From: Paraprevotella sp.
Lineage (GTDB): Bacteria; Bacteroidota; Bacteroidia; Bacteroidales; Bacteroidaceae
DNA length: 64,000 nt
Assembly: GCA_045634965.1 (NCBI GenBank)
Contig: JAZRBH010000006.1
Coordinates: 128,886 to 192,885, forward strand
Direction: 5' to 3'
Within the stretch, counting starts at the first letter, position 1, and each line of letters begins with the position of its first letter. The notes under the pieces are model-generated. The model saw nothing but the letters and a program-made list of their open reading frames with translations. It had not been told where the DNA came from and did no database searches. The position numbers and the translations under genes were made by a program. This document shows, one piece after another, positions 9,817-20,701 of the stretch.

Positions 9817-12800
9817 ATGAAACAGTACAAATTAGTCAATAACCTCCTCGGATGGATTACATTTGCGATAGCTGCTTGGGTATACTGCTCTACAGTTGAG
9901 CCTACTGCAAGTTTTTGGGATTGTCCGGAGTTTATCACAACGGGTTATAAATTGGAAATAGGACACCCACCCGGTGCGCCATTTTTCATGCTGACAGCCA
10001 ATCTTTTTTCTCAGTTTGTAAGTGATCCTACTCAAATTGCTTTCATGGTAAACATCATGTCAGCATTGTTGAGCGCAGGATGTATCCTTTTCTTGTTCTG
10101 GAGTATCACTCATTTGGCAAGGAAAATGATATGCAAGGATTACAATCAAATGACGGTAGCTAAATTAGTGACCATTATGGGTTGTGGTTTGGTGGGTGCC
10201 TTGGTCTATACCTTCTCAGATACATTTTGGTATAGTGCTGTTGAAGGCGAGGTTTATGCGTACTCATCACTATTTACAGCACTCGTTTTCTGGTTGATAT
10301 TGAAATGGGAAGAACATGCAGACGAACCCCATAGCGACCGATGGCTCGTGCTGATTGCCTATCTGACAGGATTGTCTATTGGAGTACACTTGTTGAACCT
10401 TCTTTGTCTTCCTGCAATTGTTTTGGTATGGTATTACAAAAAACATCCTAATGCGGACCTGAAAGGTTCACTTCGTGCGCTGGTGGCCTCGTTTGTTCTT
10501 GTTGCGGCGGTACTTTATGGCATTGTGCCGGGTATTGTGAAAGTGGGTGGATGGTTTGAACTCTTCTTTGTCAACACCATGCATCTACCCTTTAATTCGG
10601 GTTTGATTTTCTATATTATATGTTTGATTACCGTAGTACTTTGGGCCATTCATGAGACGATTGTACAGAAGAGCAGAAAGCGCATGAACATTGCTTATCT
10701 GTTGGCAGTGGGAATGTTGGGTATTCCTTTCTATGGTTATGGCTGGTCTAGTTTTGTCATCGGAATCATACTATTGGGTGCTTTGGCATATGTGTTGAAT
10801 CGTCGTTTTCAGGATAAACCTTTGATTAGTGCCCGTGTGATGAATACGTCTTTGTTGTGCATGCTGATGATTATGATAGGTTATTCCACCTATGCTGTCA
10901 TTGTTATCCGTTCCACAGCCAATCCACCGATGGATCAGAACTCACCGGAGGATATCTTTACGTTAGGACAATATTTGAATCGTGAGCAGTATGGTAGTCG
11001 CCCTTTGTTCTATGGTCAGGCCTATACATCAAAAGTCAAGCTACAACCTACAAACGAGGGATATTGTACACCGGTAAGCAAGAAAGGTGCGCCGGTTTAT
11101 CAGCGGGTAGAAAAACATAGTGCTGATGAAAGGGATGCATACGAAATTGTTCATTACAATATTGAATATGTATACGATCAGAACATGTTGTTCCCACGTA
11201 TGTATTCTGATAAAGACCAACATCCGCAAGCATACGAGTCTTGGTTGGGAGGAGTAAAAGGCAGAGAGGTACCTTATAACCAATGTGGACAGACTGTTAT
11301 GGTCAAAGTGCCTACCCAAGCTGAAAATCTTCGTTTCTTCTTCAGCTATCAGTTGAACTTTATGTATTGGCGTTATTTCATGTGGAACTTTGCCGGTCGT
11401 CAGAATGATATACAAGGCAATGGCGAATTAGAGCATGGTAACTGGTTGACAGGTATTTCGTTCATTGACAATGCTCGTCTGGGAAATCAAGATAATTTGC
11501 CGAGTGAATTAAAGAACAATAAGGGACACAATGTATATTATTGCTTGCCTTTGTTATTAGGATTGTTAGGATTGTTCTGGCAAACATATAAGAATCAGGA
11601 GGGAGTAAAACAGTTTTGGGTAGTCTTCTTCTTGTTCTTCATGACAGGAATCGCAATTGTCATTTATCTGAATCAGACACCAATGCAGCCACGTGAGCGT
11701 GATTATGCCTATGCCGGCTCTTTCTATGCATTTGCAATTTGGGTAGGTTTGGGTGTTGCAGCTATTGTAGATGCATTGAAGCGATTGAGGATACCGGAAT
11801 TGCCTGCTGCAATAGTTGTTTCATTATTGGCATTGTTAGTGCCTGTACAGATGGCAGGAGAGAACTGGGACGATCATGATCGTAGCGGAAGATTTGCTTG
11901 CCGTGATTTTGGTCAGAATTATCTGAATTCATTGGCAGAAAAGGGATATCCGGTGATATTTACCAATGGTGATAATGATACATTCCCCTTATGGTACAAT
12001 CAAGAAACCGAGAATTGTCGTACCGATGCGCGAGTTTGTAACTTGAGTTATTTGCAGACAGATTGGTATATCGACCAGATGAAGCGTCCGGCATACGATT
12101 CTCCTTCATTGCCCATCACTTGGACACGTTTACAATATGTGGCAGGTACACGTGAAGGAATACCGGTTCAGGCAGATGCTTTGAAACAAGTATTAGATTA
12201 CTATAAAGACAGCCCGGAAGACGTAAAGGAATTGCTGGGTGAGAATCCTTATGAATTGAAGAATGTCATTAAGTATTGGGTGTTGAACGAGAATCCTGAT
12301 CTGCAGATTTTCCCGACAGACAGCATGGTTATTACAGTGGATAAGGAGGCTGTAAAACGTTCGGGTATGATGATAGCAGGCGACTCTATCCCTGATGTGA
12401 TGCACATATCCTTGAAAGGAAAGCGTGCCGTATACAAGAGTGAATTGATGATGTTGGAGATGCTTTCTCAAGCCAATTGGGAACGTCCATTGTATGTTGC
12501 GCCTACAGTTGGTTCGTCCAATTATGGTCATTTGGGTAATAACTTTGTTCAAGAAGGTCTTGCCAACCGTATAACACCATTCAATACGAAAGAAACGGGC
12601 ATGAATATTGATACGGACCGTATGTATGACAATATGATGAACAAGTTTAAGTTCGGTGGTATCAATGAGAATCCTGATATTTATTTGGATGAAACGGTCA
12701 TGAGAATGTGCTATACACATCGTCGTTTGTTTGCACAATTAGCTAAGCAACTTTTGATAGAGGGTAAGGAAGATAAGGCATTGGCTGTAGTGAAGCGTAT

Positions 12801-13131
12801 AGAAGAGGCTATCCCGTCATCTGTAGTACCTCATAATTATCAGAGCGGTTCAATTGACTTAGCTGAGGTGTGGAGTTTCTTGGGTCATCAAGAAGAGGGA
12901 CATACCATTCTTAGAGAGATGGGTGACAATACAAAAGAATATCTTGATTGGTATCTTTCTTTGAGCACTCCAAGGTTATTGCAGTCCCAGAGGGATTATA
13001 TCAGTCGAATTTATATTCTTAATGAAGTTTCAAAAGCACTATCGATTACTGATGAGGAGAAGGCTGCCGAATGTCGTGAGGTGGTGAACCAATACATTGA
13101 GGCCGGTTTTCAGCGAGGCGTGAACTTTTAA
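9817..13131 (+). CDS. DUF2723 / TMEM260-like GT-C membrane glycosyltransferase
   Basis: SFWDCPEF, GHPPGAP, AVEGEVY, QPRERDY, FTNGDNDTFPLWY; start moved from 9718 to 9817, downstream of the -7 box. Confidence 0.88.
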   Translation: MKQYKLVNNLLGWITFAIAAWVYCSTVEPTASFWDCPEFITTGYKLEIGHPPGAPFFMLTANLFSQFVSDPTQIAFMVNIMSALLSAGCILFLFWSITHLARKMICKDYNQMTVAKLVTIMGCGLVGALVYTFSDTFWYSAVEGEVYAYSSLFTALVFWLILKWEEHADEPHSDRWLVLIAYLTGLSIGVHLLNLLCLPAIVLVWYYKKHPNADLKGSLRALVASFVLVAAVLYGIVPGIVKVGGWFELFFVNTMHLPFNSGLIFYIICLITVVLWAIHETIVQKSRKRMNIAYLLAVGMLGIPFYGYGWSSFVIGIILLGALAYVLNRRFQDKPLISARVMNTSLLCMLMIMIGYSTYAVIVIRSTANPPMDQNSPEDIFTLGQYLNREQYGSRPLFYGQAYTSKVKLQPTNEGYCTPVSKKGAPVYQRVEKHSADERDAYEIVHYNIEYVYDQNMLFPRMYSDKDQHPQAYESWLGGVKGREVPYNQCGQTVMVKVPTQAENLRFFFSYQLNFMYWRYFMWNFAGRQNDIQGNGELEHGNWLTGISFIDNARLGNQDNLPSELKNNKGHNVYYCLPLLLGLLGLFWQTYKNQEGVKQFWVVFFLFFMTGIAIVIYLNQTPMQPRERDYAYAGSFYAFAIWVGLGVAAIVDALKRLRIPELPAAIVVSLLALLVPVQMAGENWDDHDRSGRFACRDFGQNYLNSLAEKGYPVIFTNGDNDTFPLWYNQETENCRTDARVCNLSYLQTDWYIDQMKRPAYDSPSLPITWTRLQYVAGTREGIPVQADALKQVLDYYKDSPEDVKELLGENPYELKNVIKYWVLNENPDLQIFPTDSMVITVDKEAVKRSGMMIAGDSIPDVMHISLKGKRAVYKSELMMLEMLSQANWERPLYVAPTVGSSNYGHLGNNFVQEGLANRITPFNTKETGMNIDTDRMYDNMMNKFKFGGINENPDIYLDETVMRMCYTHRRLFAQLAKQLLIEGKEDKALAVVKRIEEAIPSSVVPHNYQSGSIDLAEVWSFLGHQEEGHTILREMGDNTKEYLDWYLSLSTPRLLQSQRDYISRIYILNEVSKALSITDEEKAAECREVVNQYIEAGFQRGVNF

Positions 13132-13143
13132 TTACAAAAATAG

Positions 13144-13755
13144 ATGTTCATAGAACAACCTTCCATATTTCTTAGGTGGATTTATCCGTCAGCGATGTGG
13201 CGGATAAATCCACAAAAGAAATCGGTATACCTGACCTTTGACGATGGCCCTATACCTGAAGCAACTCCATTTGTTTTGGACGTATTGGATCGTTACGGAG
13301 TCAAAGCTACATTTTTCATGGTCGGTGATAACGTCCGTAAATACCCTGAAATTTATAAGATGGTGGTGGAACGTGGGCATTGTGTCGGAAATCATACATT
13401 CAATCATATCGGGGGATTCAGACATTCAAGTAAAGAATATCTGGAGAATACAGAGAAAGCAAATCTTTTGATACATTCCCATCTCTTTCGTCCGCCACAT
13501 GGTTGGATGCGCATCCTCCAATATCGACTATTGCGCAAGCACTATCGTATTGTCATGTGGGACTTGGTCACTCGTGATTATAGTAAGAGAATGACTGCTG
13601 CCGATGTGGTGAATAATGTCAAACGATATGCTCGAAACGGTTCCATTATTACTTTTCATGACTCATTGAAAAGTATAGAGAAATTGCGTACAGCGTTGCC
13701 CGAATCATTACAATGGTTGAAGGATGAAGGGTATTCCTTTGAACTGATAAAGTGA
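13144..13755 (+). CDS. Polysaccharide deacetylase (CE4/NodB)
   Basis: YLTFDDGP, GNHTFNH, FRPPHG, TFHDS. Confidence 0.92.
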   Translation: MFIEQPSIFLRWIYPSAMWRINPQKKSVYLTFDDGPIPEATPFVLDVLDRYGVKATFFMVGDNVRKYPEIYKMVVERGHCVGNHTFNHIGGFRHSSKEYLENTEKANLLIHSHLFRPPHGWMRILQYRLLRKHYRIVMWDLVTRDYSKRMTAADVVNNVKRYARNGSIITFHDSLKSIEKLRTALPESLQWLKDEGYSFELIK

Positions 13756-14753
13756 TAGAAGAAATGCAGAATGGTGTAGAAGAAAATATATTATCTTCCG
13801 TATGGATAAAAGCCGAGGCCGAACGTCTCGGCTTTTCTGCCTGTGGGTTCGCAAAGGCTCAACCTGTAGATGAAGGGCATCGTCAGTTTTTTCATGATTG
13901 GGTGCAACGAGGATTGCATGCAGATATGACCTATTTGGAGCGTAATATGGATAAGCGTTCCAATCCCGCATGTTTGGTGGAGGACTGTCGTACCATTATT
14001 TCCGTAGCATTGAATTATTTTCCAAAAACTTTTATTCCGGAGCACCAACCTCAAATTTCGTGGTATGCCTATGGGCGAGATTATCATGAAGTGATGAAAG
14101 AGAAGTTGCAAGCCTTATTGGGAACCATTCAAAAACAGTATTCGGATGCCAATGTTACAGGGCGGTGTTTTTGTGATACAGCTCCTATCTTTGAAAGATA
14201 TTGGGCGTGGCAATGTGGATTAGGATGGATAGGTCGAAACAAGCAACTGATTATTCCGCATGCGGGCAGCACCTATTTCTTAGGAGAAATATTCTTGAAT
14301 CAGCAGGTGGATAAATATGGTATACCTATGAATGACCATTGTGGGAATTGTATGAGATGTATAGAGCATTGCCCTACAGACGCTTTGACGCTTCATAAAG
14401 GATTGGACGCACGAAAGTGTTTAAGTTATCTGACGATTGAAAATCGAGGAGAAATTCCGGTTGAGGCAGCCTCAAAGATGCATCCGTATGTTTATGGCTG
14501 TGACCGTTGTCAACAGGTATGCCCGTATCTGAAATTCGCCGTTCCAACGCATGAAAAAGATTTTTCTCCTACTTCGGAACTTTTGTCTATGGATTGGAGC
14601 TCATGGAAAGAACTGACGCAGGAGTCCTACCAAAGGGTATTTAAAGGTTCCGCAGTTAAGCGGGCGAAATATCCAGGGTTACAACGCAATGTCCATGCGC
14701 TGTCAATAGCGGAAAAGCAAGATGATGATACCTTTAATATGGATGAATCGTAG
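13752..14753 (+). CDS. queG: Epoxyqueuosine reductase
   Basis: YAYGRDYH, CDTAP, CGNCMRCIEHCPT and YGCDRCQQVCP 4Fe-4S motifs. Confidence 0.93.
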   Translation: MIEEMQNGVEENILSSVWIKAEAERLGFSACGFAKAQPVDEGHRQFFHDWVQRGLHADMTYLERNMDKRSNPACLVEDCRTIISVALNYFPKTFIPEHQPQISWYAYGRDYHEVMKEKLQALLGTIQKQYSDANVTGRCFCDTAPIFERYWAWQCGLGWIGRNKQLIIPHAGSTYFLGEIFLNQQVDKYGIPMNDHCGNCMRCIEHCPTDALTLHKGLDARKCLSYLTIENRGEIPVEAASKMHPYVYGCDRCQQVCPYLKFAVPTHEKDFSPTSELLSMDWSSWKELTQESYQRVFKGSAVKRAKYPGLQRNVHALSIAEKQDDDTFNMDES

Positions 14754-14763
14754 TATTCTTCCA

Positions 14764-15876
14764 TTATAACAGTCTGTATGTTCCTCCACTCATCAGTTTT
14801 ACCAATCCTTTCATTTCAAGGTGGAACAAGAAACCGCTGATTTTATGTATGGGAATATTGACGGCAATAGAGAGATTGTTGATGTGTGCCCGTTCCTGCT
14901 GTTGTAAGTACTCAATGATGCGTTGTTCTTCTTCGCAGAGATCCGGAAATAATTCAATCTGAATGTTTTCTTGTTGTTCCTTTTTCTTCACCCACCCGAT
15001 AGCATCCATAAAATCATCTGCATTTTGTATCAAAATGGCCTTGTTGTCACGTATCAACTGATTACAACCTTGTGAATAGGCATCATTGATTCGGCCGGGA
15101 AAAGCAAAAACATCGCGATTATAATCAGAAGCGATGCCGGCAGTGATGAGTGCACCACCTTTGTCAGCTGATTCAATGACAATAGTAGCATCCGCCATAC
15201 CGGCAACAATTCTGTTTCTGCGTACAAAATTCACTTTATCGGCATTTGTTTTGCTCATGAATTCTGTCAGTAGTCCACCTTGTCCTATCATTTCAATGGC
15301 TGTGTTGCGGTGTGTCCTTGGATAGATTTGGTCCAATCCGTGCGCCAATACACCTATAGTATCCAGCCCATTGGATAAGGCAGCTCTATGACTATGGATG
15401 TCAATTCCATATGCCAAACCGCTGACCACCAATACGTCCGGGCATAACAGTTTGAGGTCATGAACAAAGTGACGACATAAATCTTTCCCGTACTCAGTAC
15501 AATGGCGTGTGCCAATCATATTAATGACGCGTGAACGGTTCATATCTGCATTTCCTTTGTAGAAAAGGAGGATAGGTGCATCGTCACATTCTCTGAGTCG
15601 TGCAGGATAATTTTCATCATGATAGCAGATACACGTAATCCCTTTTTGGGTAGCGAACATCCACTCTTCTTCCGCACGTTTTATGTGTTCGTCCATTCCC
15701 TTGAGAACTTCGGCAAGTTTGTCCGATATTTCAGGGTAAAGATCTTTGATATGATGGCGGTTTTCGTATACGGCGCTGGCGCTGCCAATCTCTTTGACGA
15801 GTTGATGCTGTATGACAGGATAGAAATGCAGTGTCCTGCTCAGCGCCATGCTACAGAGTATTTCATTTTCGTGCAT
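14764..15876 (-). CDS. dprA: DNA-processing protein A
   Basis: IGTRHCTEYG, VSGLAYGID, FVRRNRIVAG, SADKGGALITA, C-terminal winged helix. Confidence 0.94.
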   Translation of the reverse strand: MHENEILCSMALSRTLHFYPVIQHQLVKEIGSASAVYENRHHIKDLYPEISDKLAEVLKGMDEHIKRAEEEWMFATQKGITCICYHDENYPARLRECDDAPILLFYKGNADMNRSRVINMIGTRHCTEYGKDLCRHFVHDLKLLCPDVLVVSGLAYGIDIHSHRAALSNGLDTIGVLAHGLDQIYPRTHRNTAIEMIGQGGLLTEFMSKTNADKVNFVRRNRIVAGMADATIVIESADKGGALITAGIASDYNRDVFAFPGRINDAYSQGCNQLIRDNKAILIQNADDFMDAIGWVKKKEQQENIQIELFPDLCEEEQRIIEYLQQQERAHINNLSIAVNIPIHKISGFLFHLEMKGLVKLMSGGTYRLL

Positions 15877-15894
15877 ACAATTTTGTGAGGATGG

Positions 15895-16302
15895 TTATTC
15901 ATTATGCTGGGAAAGCAATTGATCAAAAATTTCACAAGTATTCAGTCTGCCATTCACGATACATACCGTTTCCACTTGACTTTTGATGCAGCACTTCATA
16001 TCCGGCAATCGGAAGATGTCTTGCTGAAAAACGTACTTTATACCTTCTTTAACCACATTCAGTTTGCAGACAAACTTGTCGCCACTCGTAAGCGGAGTCT
16101 TGAAGGCCATGCTCAGTCTTGCCACAACAGGGTCAATGCCTTCTTTATGGAGTTGAGCAAAACTAATGCCATGTGCCGTCAGAAATTCATGACGGGTGTG
16201 TTCAATATAATGCTGATAGTTGGCATTGTTGACAATACCTTGAAGGTCACATTCGTAATCGCGCACCTTCATTTCAAGTTCAAATGAATATGCTGTTTTC
16301 AT
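15895..16302 (-). CDS. Acyl-CoA thioesterase (YbgC/FadM hot-dog fold)
   Basis: VRDYECDLQGIVNNANYQHYIEHTR motif. Confidence 0.9.
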   Translation of the reverse strand: MKTAYSFELEMKVRDYECDLQGIVNNANYQHYIEHTRHEFLTAHGISFAQLHKEGIDPVVARLSMAFKTPLTSGDKFVCKLNVVKEGIKYVFQQDIFRLPDMKCCIKSQVETVCIVNGRLNTCEIFDQLLSQHNE

Positions 16303-16303
16303 G

Positions 16304-17614
16304 TTATGGTTTTTCTTTTCGTTTCATGAATTCATATCCGAATCTGCAGTGTAGGCAGTATTTTCGGTCACAATATTCTTTCTTGAGTTGTATAAGGGCC
16401 TGAGTGTCCGTTGCTCTGTCCACTTTTATTCCCAATTCGCTCCACTGTCGTGTGATATAATTATTTTCTGCCCTAATGGAATCCAGGAGATTCAGAGCCC
16501 GCTCCTTCATCTGCTCATCACCAATTGAAATGCCATAGGCGTACAATAAGGGCACAATGGTGTTAATGATAATCAGTTGGCGAGAAGTGATGGTCAATGT
16601 TTTATCATTCCTTGCGCTGGGACATCCAAAGGTGTAATGTGATTGCCAATAGGCCGTGGCATGTGTTTTCAAAACTTCTTGTAGTCCATCAATGTCCGGT
16701 TGTTCCAAAATCTGTGAGAAACCGGCAGACTGATAGTAATATAGCTGTGACAATTGTGCCAGTCTGACATGAGGGAAATTCTGTGGTCTCAATCGTAAGA
16801 ACTTCCATACACTTGCATTGATGGGAGTCAAGGAAAATTTATGTGCCAGATATTCGTATTCCCCTTTCAGCTTAGAAAAATACCCGTCATTAACGGCTTC
16901 CTGTTGATATTTCTGAGGAATCGTATTGATATCAAGGAGCCCGGCCTGTCCCATAAAAATCGCTTCTATTTGGAACAGATTGTCGCGATGATGCGCGACA
17001 GCCGGCAAAGGAATATTCTTGGCCCAGAATTCAAAGGCATCACCATTGACACCGAAACCGAAGTTGCGCGCTAAAGTGATAAAGTATGCTTTTTCCCAAT
17101 CGCCTTGCAATGATTTTACCCGTTCTAGGATGACGTGAGCCTTTTGTTCTAATCTTTCATACACCAATGCATTGAGCCAACTGTGAATAGTGAAATGGTC
17201 AATTTGCGGTATGATTTTATGGCAGCGGGGATAGTCCGTTGTCTTACATAATTCCTTGTAGTTCTCTTTCAAATGTTCGGGGATTGTTAGAACCAATTGT
17301 GGAAGACATTTTCCATCTTCTGTTATCACATCCTTATCGGCAGTCTGTACTACATGCAGAATGACATTGTTGTAGTGTACATCTTCATGATGGCCATGTT
17401 GGAACCAATCGCTGGATTTTTGATGAATCTCAATGCTCCCCACCCACAAGGTATCTCCTATCTTAATCTTGGCATGATGGAAATCAGGACCGGCATTTCT
17501 GTTCAATATTCCGGAATCCAGCACTTCTACCACCTCACCCTCTGTGGTTTGCAAAGGGTGCAATGGAAATAATCTATAATTCCAAATGTAATACAAAAGT
17601 TTTTCCATAGCCAT
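16304..17614 (-). CDS. DUF2851 family protein
   Basis: NAGPDF, GSIEIH, WFQHGH, LRPQNFP, C-terminal YC..KYCLHCRFG. Confidence 0.88.
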   Translation of the reverse strand: MAMEKLLYYIWNYRLFPLHPLQTTEGEVVEVLDSGILNRNAGPDFHHAKIKIGDTLWVGSIEIHQKSSDWFQHGHHEDVHYNNVILHVVQTADKDVITEDGKCLPQLVLTIPEHLKENYKELCKTTDYPRCHKIIPQIDHFTIHSWLNALVYERLEQKAHVILERVKSLQGDWEKAYFITLARNFGFGVNGDAFEFWAKNIPLPAVAHHRDNLFQIEAIFMGQAGLLDINTIPQKYQQEAVNDGYFSKLKGEYEYLAHKFSLTPINASVWKFLRLRPQNFPHVRLAQLSQLYYYQSAGFSQILEQPDIDGLQEVLKTHATAYWQSHYTFGCPSARNDKTLTITSRQLIIINTIVPLLYAYGISIGDEQMKERALNLLDSIRAENNYITRQWSELGIKVDRATDTQALIQLKKEYCDRKYCLHCRFGYEFMKRKEKP

Positions 17615-17639
17615 GCTGTCGGGGCTTTATTTTTACGAA

Positions 17640-17677
17640 CAAAAGTAATGAAATTCAGTGCAAATCCTCTATCTTTG
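17640..17677. promoter_or_regulatory. Divergent -7 boxes for DUF2851 (minus) and dapB (plus)
   Basis: TACTTTTG on the minus strand at 17640-17647; TATCTTTG on the plus strand at 17670-17677. Confidence 0.6.
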
Positions 17678-17708
17678 TCCAAGAAAATGAAACAATAAGT
17701 TTGAAATC

Positions 17709-18464
17709 ATGAAAATAGCATTAATAGGATATGGTAAGATGGGGCACATGATAGAGCAGATAGCTTTGGAACGTGGTCATGAGATAGTGTCTATCATTGA
17801 CATCAATAATCGTGAGGATTTTGATTCCGATGCATTCCGTTCAGCAGATGTTGCCATAGAGTTTACTACACCGCATACTGCATACGACAATTACTTGAAA
17901 GCTTTTGAACAGGGGGTAAAAGTCGTTTCCGGTTCTACCGGATGGTTGTCCGAGCATGGAGATGATGTGCGTCGGATGTGTAATGAAGAGGGCAAGACGC
18001 TTTTTTGGAGCAGTAACTTCAGTTTAGGAGTTGCCATTTTCAGTGCAGTCAATAAATATCTGGCACGCATCATGAATCGTTTTGAAGCTTATGATGTCAA
18101 GATGGAGGAAGTGCATCATGTCCATAAGTTAGATGCTCCTAGTGGCACTGCCATCACTTTGGCAGAAGGGATTTTAGAGAATTTAGACAGAAAAACAGAT
18201 TGGACAAAAGGCACATTGCTTGCACCGGATGGTACGTTGAGCGGTGAAGGAACTCATCCTGCAACAGACTTGGTGATAGATAGCGTTCGTCGCGATGAGG
18301 TCCCTGGTATACATAGTATTGCTTACGACAGTGAAGCTGATATGATTACCATTACTCATGATGCTCATAATCGTAAGGGATTTGCGTTAGGTGCTGTGCT
18401 TGCAGCAGAATATACTGCAAAACATGAGGGCTTGCTTGGGATGGATGATTTGTTTCAGTTTTAA
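17709..18464 (+). CDS. dapB: 4-hydroxy-tetrahydrodipicolinate reductase
   Basis: GYGKMG, EVHHVHKLDAPSGTA, HDAHNRKGFALGA. Confidence 0.96.
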   Translation: MKIALIGYGKMGHMIEQIALERGHEIVSIIDINNREDFDSDAFRSADVAIEFTTPHTAYDNYLKAFEQGVKVVSGSTGWLSEHGDDVRRMCNEEGKTLFWSSNFSLGVAIFSAVNKYLARIMNRFEAYDVKMEEVHHVHKLDAPSGTAITLAEGILENLDRKTDWTKGTLLAPDGTLSGEGTHPATDLVIDSVRRDEVPGIHSIAYDSEADMITITHDAHNRKGFALGAVLAAEYTAKHEGLLGMDDLFQF

Positions 18465-18480
18465 GTAGTTCATAATAGAT

Positions 18481-19935
18481 ATGATGAAAAGAATCAAACA
18501 TAACCCCACCCCTATGGATTGGATAAAGATGGGCGTCGTGGCGGTGTTGTACTTGTCGTTTTTGTTTTGGATAAAAAGTTGGTGGGGAATCATTGTCCTG
18601 CCTTTCATTTACGATGTCTATATTACCAAATACATCCGTTGGACTTGGTGGAAGGAGGCAGAAAGCCCGATTACGCGCACCATCATGAGTTGGGTAGATG
18701 CCATTGTTTTCGCTTTGGTGGCAGTTTATTTCGTAAATATTTACTTCTTTCAGAACTATACGATACCCACATCATCGCTTGAGAAATCATTATTGGTGGG
18801 CGATTATTTGTTTGTGAGCAAGATGAGCTACGGACCACGAAAACCGCAGACTCCGCTTTCCATGCCTCTCACACAGCATACCATGCCGGTAATCGGAGGT
18901 AAGTCGTATTTTGAATGGCCCCAATGGGAATATGAACGTGTGGGTGAGGGGAAACCACAATTGAACGATATTGTGGTGTTCAATTATCCGTCAGGTGATA
19001 CTGTAACGGTAAATCCGGAATTTCAAGGGATGGATTTCTATGCCATCGCTTATGGTATCGGTGCGCAGAACTATTACCAACAATATGGGAACTATCCTCC
19101 ATTGGATTCCCTGTCAATTCTGCAACAGCGTACATTCTTTGATAAAATCTATGCATTGGGCCGCGAGTACATTAACCAAAACAAGGGAGTTTTTGGTGGT
19201 GTAACGTGGCGTCCGGTCGATCGTAGGGAGAATTATGTGAAACGATGTGTCGGATTACCGGGACAAACTTTAGAGATAAAGAACCATATCATTTATTTAG
19301 ACGGTGTTGCCAATAAAGAACCGGACAATGTGCAGTATGATTATATCGTGCGCCTCAAGCGTCCTATTCCCGATGAACTTGTACGTGAATTGGGAATCAG
19401 TCAGGAGGATTTGACTTCCATGAGCCAAACGGGTTCACTACCATTGACAAATGTTGCATATCAGCGTCTGAAAACATGTACGGATATCGTGGAGTCTATA
19501 ACGTACGATAGCCTTTCATCTGTTGCTGACGGACTTTATCCTTTGAATGCTTATACCGGATGGACACGTGACAATTACGGACCTGTTTGGATTCCTGCAA
19601 AAGGGCAGACCGTAACGTTGACGTTGGAGAATCTCCCGATTTATGAGCGTCCTATCAAAGTATATGAAAAGAATGATCTGCAAGTGACATCTGACGGTCA
19701 GATTCTAATCAATGGAACTCCTGCCGACAGCTATACTTTCAAAATGGACTACTATTGGATGCAGGGCGACAACCGTCATAACTCAGCCGATTCACGTTAT
19801 TGGGGGTTTGTTCCGGAGGATCACATTGTAGGAAAACCCATTATTATATGGCTTTCTACGGACAAGGACCGTGCGTGGGGCGACGGACATATCCGTTGGA
19901 ACAGACTTTTCCGTTTGGTAGACAATATAAAATAA
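18481..19935 (+). CDS. lepB: Signal peptidase I
   Basis: IPTSSLEKSLLVGD (catalytic Ser), YVKRCVGLPG (catalytic Lys), GDNRHNSADSRYWG. Confidence 0.94.
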   Translation: MMKRIKHNPTPMDWIKMGVVAVLYLSFLFWIKSWWGIIVLPFIYDVYITKYIRWTWWKEAESPITRTIMSWVDAIVFALVAVYFVNIYFFQNYTIPTSSLEKSLLVGDYLFVSKMSYGPRKPQTPLSMPLTQHTMPVIGGKSYFEWPQWEYERVGEGKPQLNDIVVFNYPSGDTVTVNPEFQGMDFYAIAYGIGAQNYYQQYGNYPPLDSLSILQQRTFFDKIYALGREYINQNKGVFGGVTWRPVDRRENYVKRCVGLPGQTLEIKNHIIYLDGVANKEPDNVQYDYIVRLKRPIPDELVRELGISQEDLTSMSQTGSLPLTNVAYQRLKTCTDIVESITYDSLSSVADGLYPLNAYTGWTRDNYGPVWIPAKGQTVTLTLENLPIYERPIKVYEKNDLQVTSDGQILINGTPADSYTFKMDYYWMQGDNRHNSADSRYWGFVPEDHIVGKPIIIWLSTDKDRAWGDGHIRWNRLFRLVDNIK

Positions 19936-19942
19936 GAAGGAA

Positions 19943-20701
19943 ATGTTCAAAAGTGCGCTACGTTTGATTTTCAGCATTCTGGTGGCCGGTATTCTGGTGT
20001 GGGGCATCCGCTTCTTTGGATGTTCAATCGTAGAAATACCGGAGGATGGGGAGCGTCCTGTATTTATGGCTGGCGATCGTGTTGCGCTCAATAAATGGTC
20101 TTATGGCATTAGATTGTCACCGATGAAATGGTTGGATAAAGCCCGTTTGGGAGATGCTCGGGTTGGTTTGGGCGAATGGGTGGCATTCAATGACCCCTCT
20201 ATGCACGACGATAGCATCTTCATTGACGAGCGGAACATCTTTATTGGTTATTGCTATGCGGTGCCGGGTGATACGTTATGGGTAGACCGTTGCGGAAATA
20301 TTTTCAGGTATATGCCGCCATCCGGACGACCATTCAAAAAGGTGCGCTTACCACAAAAAGGAGAGTTTGTAGGTATTACACCGGATAATGTATATTGGTA
20401 CAACAGTATGATTAATCTGCATGAGGGATTGTGCTCTGAAGTAGTTTCGGACTCGTTGTATGTGTCAGGACAATTGGTGACTTCATTCCGTTTTATGCAT
20501 GATTACTATTGGATGTCATCGGCTAATTGTGAAAATCAACTGGACTCCAGAACTTTCGGATTTGTGCCTGACATCTATATTATAGGTCGTCTTACCCGTG
20601 TGTTGTACTCTTTTGATGATGCAGCTCCATGGTACAATCCTTTCCGTTGGGACCGTACGATGATGAAGGTGGGCTGCGAAAAACCAGATATCCGGCGATG
20701 A
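19943..20701 (+). CDS. S26 signal-peptidase-like paralog lacking the catalytic dyad
   Basis: N-terminal TM, GD..ALNKWSYG, VAFNDP, DSRTFGFVP..IIG retained; Ser and Lys positions are Gly. Confidence 0.8.
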   Translation: MFKSALRLIFSILVAGILVWGIRFFGCSIVEIPEDGERPVFMAGDRVALNKWSYGIRLSPMKWLDKARLGDARVGLGEWVAFNDPSMHDDSIFIDERNIFIGYCYAVPGDTLWVDRCGNIFRYMPPSGRPFKKVRLPQKGEFVGITPDNVYWYNSMINLHEGLCSEVVSDSLYVSGQLVTSFRFMHDYYWMSSANCENQLDSRTFGFVPDIYIIGRLTRVLYSFDDAAPWYNPFRWDRTMMKVGCEKPDIRR

